Positions 36,145 through 42,069 of a DNA stretch of 42,069 bases are shown here, one piece after another. The translations under genes and the position numbers were made by a program. Within the stretch, counting starts at the first letter, position 1, and each line of letters starts with the position of its first letter. This DNA comes from a virus (Duplodnaviria; Caudoviricetes): positions 1 to 42,069 of the IMG/VR virus record IMGVR_UViG_3300032272_000032; one strand, written 5' to 3'. A model generated the notes under the pieces. The model was not told the DNA's origin and did not search any database. It saw only the letters and a program-made list of their open reading frames with translations.

Positions 36145-37061
36145 TAGAATAACTCCGGCATGTTACGCTTCACCTGCTCATTGATCAGGGTCCGCAAGGT
36201 TTTGTAATCGATAACAGGAAACTTGTGCTCCTTGACGAAGCTCCAAGACTCCTCACGAACGATGTCGTAGAACACCGTCTGTAACAATCGACCGATGTAC
36301 TTGCTCGACCAGTCGCCGACCTCGTTCTCGATCTTAGCTTTGACCTTGTCACAAAGGACTTTGGTCACGTACTTGTCAGCGATGGCTCCCTCGACCATAG
36401 GCCGCTCCTTGGGAGTACCAGGAGGTCCGTCCTTGCCCTTGTTCTCCTTGAACTCTTCGTTGACGATCTTCGCCCAGGTCTGACGACCGTACTTGTTGTT
36501 GAAGGCGTAGTTCTTGACAACGACACCTTCGCCAACGCCTTCGAAGTCTTCCCGCAACAAGAAGCGGTCAGTCTTAGCAAGAGTCGCGACCTGCTCGTAC
36601 GTCGGCTTGTCCAAGAGTGCGATACGAGGAACGAACTCAACACCAGCGTCTCGCAAGACGGGCATGTACTCGTCGTACTGGACGTACCGAGGCTTCATGT
36701 CATCGAAGGGGTCAAACTGATCCACGACATCGAAGACGTAGAACTTCCGCCAAGCTTCGTCGGTGTAGCCCTTCAAAGCATGAGGAACCAGCCACTCGCC
36801 GTACAGACGCCATTCGGTCTTCTCATTCAAGAGGGCCAAGATATTTTCATTGCTGTTCACGTGAGCCATGAAGCCCGCGTTGTCAGCTCCTACCGCAAGC
36901 TTGCGGTTACGTGAACCGCAGGCGACCTCACCATCCTCCATCCAGACAGACGCATTGGTGCCGTCTAGCTTTGGAAAGATATGGCACTCGCCATACTCAA
37001 TGTCCCGCACCTCGCTGTTGCCCCAACGCTCTACGTGTTGGTATTTGTTGAAGTTGTTCAT
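36144..37061 (-). CDS. ATP-dependent RNA ligase (Rnl2-like)
   Basis: Nucleotidyltransferase motifs KLDGTN (I), GSRN, YGEW (III), FYVFDV (IIIa), EGVVVK (IV), AKIV (V). Confidence 0.88.
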   Translation of the reverse strand: MNNFNKYQHVERWGNSEVRDIEYGECHIFPKLDGTNASVWMEDGEVACGSRNRKLAVGADNAGFMAHVNSNENILALLNEKTEWRLYGEWLVPHALKGYTDEAWRKFYVFDVVDQFDPFDDMKPRYVQYDEYMPVLRDAGVEFVPRIALLDKPTYEQVATLAKTDRFLLREDFEGVGEGVVVKNYAFNNKYGRQTWAKIVNEEFKENKGKDGPPGTPKERPMVEGAIADKYVTKVLCDKVKAKIENEVGDWSSKYIGRLLQTVFYDIVREESWSFVKEHKFPVIDYKTLRTLINEQVKRNMPELF

Positions 37062-37306
37062 CGTCTGTTTGCTCCCGCGTCGTAAGGGTTTGAAGATCGT
37101 CCGCTGAGGCGGCCAGAAGTAGGTCCGACAGCTTTGAACCGTGTCCGCTCAAGTTCTTTGTTGATGACGCCGGCAACGCCAGAAACCGTTGACATCTTGC
37201 TGATACGCAACGACAGAGTAACACAGTACACGAGCAGCATCAAACAGCACGCAGCTAAGGCGTAGTCAGGGTTGATGGCCGAACAAATTTCAATTACAAA
37301 ATCCAC
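37058..37306 (-). CDS. Small membrane protein (GTG start inferred)
   Basis: AAAGGA SD 6 nt before GTG 37306; TM-like YALAACCLMLLVYCVTLSL; ATGA overlap with the ligase. Confidence 0.55.
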   Translation of the reverse strand: MDFVIEICSAINPDYALAACCLMLLVYCVTLSLRISKMSTVSGVAGVINKELERTRFKAVGPTSGRLSGRSSNPYDAGANRR

Positions 37307-37319
37307 AGGAGATCCTTTT

Positions 37320-37865
37320 ATGTTTGAATGGTTGAACACAATTGCTGAAGTGATTCTAGGGTTCTTCCCTCACAGAGTCATCGTGATTGCGACTCATGAA
37401 GGAATTAAGTGGAAGTTTGGCCTTGAGCCTGTCCGCTTGGAACCGGATGTCCACTGGTACTGGCCGATGGTCAGTGACGTGGCCCAGTATCCTGTCGCGA
37501 GACAGACACTCAAGCTTCCGTCGCAAACACTGATGACCAGTGACCTTCGGAAAGTAATGGCCCGAGGGATCGTCGTCTACAGTATCAGCGATATCATTGC
37601 TGCTTGTGGTGAGAAGAACTTCGACATTGACGACACCGTTTCCGACATCGCCCAGTCTTGCATCTTTGATCTCATCACCGGTTGGACTCTTGAGGAACTC
37701 ATGAGTGACGTAGAAGGAAACATCCACGCCATGACTGAGGCCGCTCAAGAGGCCCTTGAGGAATACGGTGTAGAAGTCGAGCAGGTTAAACTGACCGACT
37801 TCTCTGAAGCTCGTCCGCTGAATCTAGCTGGGCTAGAGATCAACGTGCAAGCCGGCGGCGACTAA
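37320..37865 (+). CDS. SPFH/band-7 domain protein
   Basis: AGGAG SD before ATG 37320; LEP-x-x-HW-x-WP, QTL-x-T-x-D, V-x-Y-x-I-x-D and YGVEVEQV-x-L-x-D motifs. Confidence 0.85.
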   Translation: MFEWLNTIAEVILGFFPHRVIVIATHEGIKWKFGLEPVRLEPDVHWYWPMVSDVAQYPVARQTLKLPSQTLMTSDLRKVMARGIVVYSISDIIAACGEKNFDIDDTVSDIAQSCIFDLITGWTLEELMSDVEGNIHAMTEAAQEALEEYGVEVEQVKLTDFSEARPLNLAGLEINVQAGGD

Positions 37866-38011
37866 CTCTTGAGCCGGTTCTTCAGCCACTTCACCGTTCG
37901 GTGAGGAATGAGTTCCGGCGTGTCGGCGTTCCACGCCTCGATTTGATCCAATGCCTCTTGGGGCGTGATGTCTCCAGCCTTGACGGCTGTCTTGAGTCCG
38001 TTGACTTTCAT
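37862..38011 (-). CDS. 49-aa hypothetical protein (not in the ORF track)
   Basis: MKVNGLKTAVKAGDITPQEALDQIEAW...RLKS; AAGGA SD; directly downstream of a sigma70-like promoter. Confidence 0.65.
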   Translation of the reverse strand: MKVNGLKTAVKAGDITPQEALDQIEAWNADTPELIPHRTVKWLKNRLKS

Positions 38012-38046
38012 AGAAAGTTCCTTAGTAGGGGTGTTTGTTTACTTCA

Positions 38047-38074
38047 ACTATACCACACTTAGGGCATAAGTCAA
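38047..38074 (-). promoter_or_regulatory. Sigma70-like promoter
   Basis: TTGACT-16 nt-TATAGT with extended -10 TG, in an intergenic gap. Confidence 0.7.
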
Positions 38075-38083
38075 GCAGTTTCT

Positions 38084-38356
38084 TCAGAGTTCTTCAAGTC
38101 TCACACAGAGTTCGTTCAAGCAACCCACGAGCGTAATGGGGCTGCTTTCGTTCTTCATAGTACAGAAGGTTCGATTGTCTCGCGGGGCTGCCATGAGGAA
38201 TTGGATGTCGTCAGGGTTGATTGCCCCGTCCGAGATGACGGACACCAGATCCTCGGTGTTGATCTCAGTGATGGGCGTGTCGTCGTCATCATCCTCGTAC
38301 GGATTTGCGGACACAGGTTTCTTCCAGGCTTCGATTTGTACTTTCAGGAACTTCAT
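38084..38356 (-). CDS. Hypothetical protein
   Basis: ATGA-coupled to the upstream gene. Confidence 0.65.
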   Translation of the reverse strand: MKFLKVQIEAWKKPVSANPYEDDDDDTPITEINTEDLVSVISDGAINPDDIQFLMAAPRDNRTFCTMKNESSPITLVGCLNELCVRLEEL

Positions 38357-38613
38357 TCGGCTTCTTTCATGGCCCAGTCTCGGTAGTAATCCCTCTGAGC
38401 TTTCAGGGTAGCGATCTCACGCTCGTTCGCTTGGATGGTTTCAATAAGCTTCATCTCTTCAGCATGGAAGCCCTGTGTGGCTCTGGCTTTGCCGCTGGAG
38501 GACCCTCGCTGAAATGAGTCTTCGACCTCGTGTCGCTTGGCCATGTCGGTCAACGTGGCTAGACCGATCATAGCAACCATGATCGAGGCGGCGATAAAGG
38601 CTTGGATTTTCAT
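38353..38613 (-). CDS. Membrane-anchored coiled-coil small protein
   Basis: MKIQAFIAASIMVAMIGLA followed by a heptad-like C-terminus; ATGA overlaps at both ends. Confidence 0.65.
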   Translation of the reverse strand: MKIQAFIAASIMVAMIGLATLTDMAKRHEVEDSFQRGSSSGKARATQGFHAEEMKLIETIQANEREIATLKAQRDYYRDWAMKEAE

Positions 38614-38714
38614 TGGTTTATTGCGATGCCGCAAAGCACCATTAAGATGAACAGGAGTAGGCTCGCGATGGCCTGTAACAATTGGATCGTGACATCAGGC
38701 GAGGTCTCAAGCAT
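38610..38714 (-). CDS. 34-aa single-TM peptide (not in the ORF track)
   Basis: MLETSPDVTIQLLQAIASLLLFILMVLCGIAINQ; exactly fills the gap and overlaps both neighbours. Confidence 0.55.
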   Translation of the reverse strand: MLETSPDVTIQLLQAIASLLLFILMVLCGIAINQ

Positions 38715-38964
38715 CGTCTTCCAGTTTCTTCAAGGTTTCAAGTAGAGCCTTCTTGAACTTGTCGTCCTGATACTTGGCTCGCGAGTATTTCGATAGCGTT
38801 CGCTCGACCAGTGTCCAATCGATGTCCGCGTAATCACGAGGGAAGTCTTCCTTCATCATCATCTTGATGTTGCCGGAGAACTTCGCGAGATGAGCCATAG
38901 CTTCGGCTTCGTCCCGCGTCATGTCCACTTGGAGCTGCCAGTTGATTTCTTTGACGCCGCTCAT
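38707..38964 (-). CDS. Hypothetical protein
   Basis: TAATG coupling to the rtcB stop at 38964. Confidence 0.65.
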   Translation of the reverse strand: MSGVKEINWQLQVDMTRDEAEAMAHLAKFSGNIKMMMKEDFPRDYADIDWTLVERTLSKYSRAKYQDDKFKKALLETLKKLEDDA

Positions 38965-40133
38965 TAGTCTTCCGGTCGCGACCCGTCGCCGCACATGAGT
39001 ACAATCTTAGGGTGGAACTCTCCGATGGTATCCACCAAATCTCTCTGATGAGACATGACAGCGTCAATGTTCTTGTACGCTCCCATCATCTCATCCAAAC
39101 CGGCATCCAACAACCAGATGCCCTTCTCGTTCAAATCGGCACGGGCTTCGTCCCAATCCAACGTCTTCTTGCACTGCTTACGCGACATCCGGCGGCCAGC
39201 ACCGTGAGACGCTGAATTGAGAGAAGCCTCGTTGCCTTTTCCTACAACGATGTAGGCTGGGCTCGCCATCGAGCCAGGGATGATTCCCGAGACTCCTTTT
39301 TGAGCAGGCGTTGCCCCTTTTCTATGCACGATCAGACCATCTTCCTTCCAGGCGAAGTTGTGGTGGTTTTCGATCACTCCGCACGATTCCAAGCCCGCGA
39401 GCTTGAGAACCTTCTTGTGGATGCACTCGTGGTTTGCCGCCGCGAACTCGCCCATGAGCTGCATTGCCGCCCAATACTCGCGACCGAGGTCGGTGTCCAT
39501 GTCCAGCCAGCTCAATTCTCCGGCTGGGTTCTGCCACTTGGCGTGCTTCGTGTACTTGTTGCACGTCTTGGCCCCAGGACCGCGTGAGCCGCTATGGGAC
39601 AAAAGGGCGATATATTTCCCCACTGTGATCCCGAACGCCTCAGCAAGCTCCTGAGAGGCGTGTACGACGCCCCACTCAACGAAGTGGTTTCCCGATCCCG
39701 AGGTTCCAAGCTGCCGCCAAGCGGTGTCCTTCAACTCCTTCAGGTGATCAGTCATCCCCCAAACGGGGGACTCCAGCACTTCGTGGTCGTGCTCTTCGCC
39801 GGCCCAGTTGCAGCCGATCCCAAAGCGAGTTCCCTCACGCAGGGCGTTCGCGAGCGAGACAGACTGAAGGCCGGGAACCTCCAACCAGGACTCGACGTCA
39901 GCTGAGTCTGTGGCGACCAAAGTCAAACGCATTCGGCAAGCGATATCGACGCCCACTCCGTACGGGATGACTGCGTTCTCTGTTGCGAGCACGCCACCAA
40001 TGGGAAGACCGTATCCCAAGTGAGCATCGGGCATCAAAGCTCCGGCTCTCGCAATAGGAAGGTCACAGGCCGCCGCAATCTGATCGTGCGACCCTTCGTC
40101 AATATCGTTGCCAAATGTTGTGTACTTCATCAA
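38964..40133 (-). CDS. rtcB: RtcB family RNA-splicing/repair ligase
   Basis: MPDAH-x-GYG-x-PIG, GVDIAC, QLGTSGSGNHFVE, HSGSRG, HHN, HRKGAT, IPGSM, SHGAGR, DE...AYK. Confidence 0.96.
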   Translation of the reverse strand: MMKYTTFGNDIDEGSHDQIAAACDLPIARAGALMPDAHLGYGLPIGGVLATENAVIPYGVGVDIACRMRLTLVATDSADVESWLEVPGLQSVSLANALREGTRFGIGCNWAGEEHDHEVLESPVWGMTDHLKELKDTAWRQLGTSGSGNHFVEWGVVHASQELAEAFGITVGKYIALLSHSGSRGPGAKTCNKYTKHAKWQNPAGELSWLDMDTDLGREYWAAMQLMGEFAAANHECIHKKVLKLAGLESCGVIENHHNFAWKEDGLIVHRKGATPAQKGVSGIIPGSMASPAYIVVGKGNEASLNSASHGAGRRMSRKQCKKTLDWDEARADLNEKGIWLLDAGLDEMMGAYKNIDAVMSHQRDLVDTIGEFHPKIVLMCGDGSRPED

Positions 40134-40375
40134 TTCATGAACTCCAAGTCTTCAAGTTGTAGTAAGCGTTCGACGAACACCGACTCCTCTGGATCGCAAA
40201 GTTGTGGACCCAGTGACTGGCACCAATGAACCAATTGTTTGTCGCCGTCCATGTCAGGGCCGCCCACCACCATGTGGGTGAACCCTTGCGTACATACAAA
40301 GAGTTGGCCTGCCTCCATGTCTTCCCAGTCGGGAATCAACTCTTCTGCCTGTGATGTCTTTCGTATGAGTTTCAT
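40130..40375 (-). CDS. Hypothetical protein, coupled to rtcB
   Basis: GGAAAG before ATG 40375; stop overlaps the rtcB start region. Confidence 0.65.
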   Translation of the reverse strand: MKLIRKTSQAEELIPDWEDMEAGQLFVCTQGFTHMVVGGPDMDGDKQLVHWCQSLGPQLCDPEESVFVERLLQLEDLEFMN

Positions 40376-40388
40376 AGGGTCTTTCCAA

Positions 40389-40514
40389 AGTAACGATGAG
40401 CCAGCCGTCTGATAGAACGCCACCATGGCTATGGGAATCGAACCCGCTCTATCACGATCTCCAGGACACTACTCCTGTGTTTCGGTTGACGGCCAGCCCA
40501 CCGAGTGTCTTACT
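40389..40514 (-). ncRNA. Unassigned structured RNA (multi-stem, T-loop-containing)
   Basis: 16-bp and 10-bp helices whose only non-Watson-Crick pairs are G-U on the minus strand; GGGTTCGATTCCC T-loop; starts just after a consensus promoter. Confidence 0.65.
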
Positions 40515-40519
40515 CCTTA

Positions 40520-40548
40520 ATCATACACCACGAATCACTCTGGGTCAA
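40520..40548 (-). promoter_or_regulatory. Sigma70-like promoter
   Basis: TTGACC-17 nt-TATGAT. Confidence 0.75.
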
Positions 40549-40843
40549 CCTTCTCCATCTTGGCAAGTCCCATTTTTTCGAACATGAAACCGGCATAACC
40601 GTTAACAACGGTCTGAGCCATACTCGCGGCTTCATTGGCAAGGGCTCGCCCAGTCTCAAGGTTCAAGGTTTCGCCTGTCGCAAAGTGGCCAACGGCCAGC
40701 TGTGTGAACACCGAGACGAACATCTGATCTTGGAATCCCTTGATCAGATGGTTCAACTCGGCTTGCTGTTGGTTGGCCCGTGCTGCTGCTTGGACCATAG
40801 GGTCGTTGGGGTCTGGTTGCCCCGGTAGTAAAATGTTGCTCAT
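40535..40843 (-). CDS. Hypothetical protein
   Basis: ATGA-coupled to the upstream gene; helical. Confidence 0.7.
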   Translation of the reverse strand: MSNILLPGQPDPNDPMVQAAARANQQQAELNHLIKGFQDQMFVSVFTQLAVGHFATGETLNLETGRALANEAASMAQTVVNGYAGFMFEKMGLAKMEKVDPE

Positions 40844-41385
40844 TGCACTCGTCCTGACAAGAACTGGATCTTGATGGTCGTGAAACCTTCTTTGCCACCA
40901 ACAGCTTTAGTGTACGACTGATTGATAGTCACCGCGAGACCGGCAGACTTGACAGTCGCACTCAAGATTCCGTGGGTGACAAAGTCAATCACGTCCTGGT
41001 CTTGGTATGGCCGAACGACCAGCTGTCCGTCACCATCGATCTTCTCCGCAAGCTGTTCGAGAGCCGGGATGAAGAACTGATCGAAGATCAGCGTGAGATC
41101 TCCTGGGTGCTGGGAGTCCAACATCGTGAAGGTCTCCTCGTGCAGTGCCAGGGTAGTTCCGTTGACCTCGCTACCTTCTAGGCAAGTCACGTCCTCGAAG
41201 TCGGTCCCCTCATCGAGCAAGGTGCTGAGAAAACCACAGGCTAGGTTGCCCAGGATGTTCTCCGCCCGATCTTCCTCGCGGTTCATCTCCGTCTCGGTCT
41301 TCACGCGACCTTCTTGTTGAACGAACTCCTTCTCGTAATCGTCAAGCATTTCCTTTACCTGCTCACTGTTAAGATTGGACATCAA
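40840..41385 (-). CDS. Acidic hypothetical protein
   Basis: GAGG SD inside the upstream gene end; coupled overlaps. Confidence 0.7.
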   Translation of the reverse strand: MMSNLNSEQVKEMLDDYEKEFVQQEGRVKTETEMNREEDRAENILGNLACGFLSTLLDEGTDFEDVTCLEGSEVNGTTLALHEETFTMLDSQHPGDLTLIFDQFFIPALEQLAEKIDGDGQLVVRPYQDQDVIDFVTHGILSATVKSAGLAVTINQSYTKAVGGKEGFTTIKIQFLSGRVQ

Positions 41386-41978
41386 CCTCTCCTCAATAGT
41401 TCTTTGTACACCTTGGCTGTGACCAGTGAATCGGCCAGAGCGTTATGTGCGTCTTCGTAATCAATGCCAAGTCGTCTGCAGATTTCTCCGAGTTGGCAAC
41501 TCTCGGGGAAAGGGAACTCTTCACACTGAACACAAGCACGGTCGTTCATAAACGCCGCGACTCGCAAAGTGTCTCGTGGGAGGCTGAAGTATTTACTCAT
41601 CAGCGTCTCACCCATCCATGCGTCATAGAACTTGTTCTCCATCGACCAGTTCTGTGCCAACGGCGTGAGCTTCTTGTTCAAAGGGAGCTTCAGGTCGTCG
41701 AACCATTTGTTAAACATGTCCAGAACGACAGAGGCCACCGGCCATCTGTTCAATTCATCCAACGTGATCCCGTGGATTCTCATGGCCTTGGGGTCACAGT
41801 TCTGGGGCCGCTCTGGACGAATGCGAGAATAGAAGTAGTTGTCGGTCGGCTCTAGATCAGAGTCTAGAACGACGAAAGCCACTTCGATGATCTCATGAAA
41901 GCCAGCAGTGAACCCCGTGGTCTCCACGTCCGTCGCAGTCATAGGACTGTGGCGTGTGGAGATCAAAGTGCTGGGCAT
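41382..41978 (-). CDS. DEDDh 3'-5' exonuclease (DnaQ/RNase T-like)
   Basis: DVETTG (Exo I), EIIE, A-x-x-IHGI, AQN...E, RDT, HNALAD (Exo III). Start at 41978 is inferred. Confidence 0.88.
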   Translation of the reverse strand: MPSTLISTRHSPMTATDVETTGFTAGFHEIIEVAFVVLDSDLEPTDNYFYSRIRPERPQNCDPKAMRIHGITLDELNRWPVASVVLDMFNKWFDDLKLPLNKKLTPLAQNWSMENKFYDAWMGETLMSKYFSLPRDTLRVAAFMNDRACVQCEEFPFPESCQLGEICRRLGIDYEDAHNALADSLVTAKVYKELLRRG

Positions 41979-41983
41979 CTGGA

Positions 41984-42067
41984 TTATTGGTTGCATTGGC
42001 ACTCCGGGTCGTCACAGACGTCCAAAGAGTCGCCGTCTTCCACGATCTGGTCGTTACGACCTTCCTG
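41984..42067 (-). CDS. 3' end of a gene truncated by the window edge
   Basis: ...QEGRNDQIVEDGDSLDVCDDPECQCNQ, with TAA 5 nt before the exonuclease ATG. Confidence 0.5.
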   Translation of the reverse strand, partial: QEGRNDQIVEDGDSLDVCDDPECQCNQ

Positions 42068-42069
42068 GT

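Noticed and set aside
37085-37130. TSGRLSG peptide resembling the DNA polymerase I TGRLSS motif
   Set aside because: Too short and lies in a small membrane ORF with no other polymerase motifs.
40389-40514. Canonical tRNA, tmRNA or hammerhead ribozyme
   Set aside because: No complete cloverleaf, no tag frame, and no CUGANGA/GAAA core in the right arrangement on either strand.
1-42069. Stop-codon reassignment, introns or inteins
   Set aside because: Genes tile densely under the standard code using all three stops; TerL, NrdJ and RtcB have ordinary lengths with contiguous motifs.

Overview
A 42-kb segment of a tailed dsDNA phage, probably a siphovirus (long tape measure, no sheath gene). Standard genetic code; no integrase seen. 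The + strand (1-33.9 kb) is a tightly coupled late operon. It runs: tRNA-Thr(UGU); three envelope-targeted proteins (membrane protein, papain-family peptidase, thioredoxin-like); GpA-type large terminase; portal; head-tail adaptor; scaffold; P22-like major capsid; head/neck genes; two tandem tail-tube paralogs; a -1 frameshifted tail chaperone; tape measure; a duplicated tail-tip/appendage block; a Cys-rich hub; and a class II ribonucleotide reductase. The - strand (34-42 kb) is an early/middle block: DUF1653, dUTPase, dCMP deaminase, Rnl2-type RNA ligase, RtcB, a DEDDh exonuclease and small hypotheticals, with one SPFH gene in the opposite orientation. The strongest unexplained signals are four. 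(1) A promoter-driven, strand-asymmetric structured RNA of about 125 nt upstream of rtcB. (2) A covarying H-type pseudoknot plus SD-hairpin, repeated before the terminase and scaffold genes. (3) A shared PQ(I/V)LAY N-terminal leader on scaffold and capsid, suggesting an unknown maturation protease. (4) A possible non-canonical papain + thioredoxin lysis module. A Planctomycetota-like host is only a guess. All family calls come from reading motifs by eye, not from database searches.
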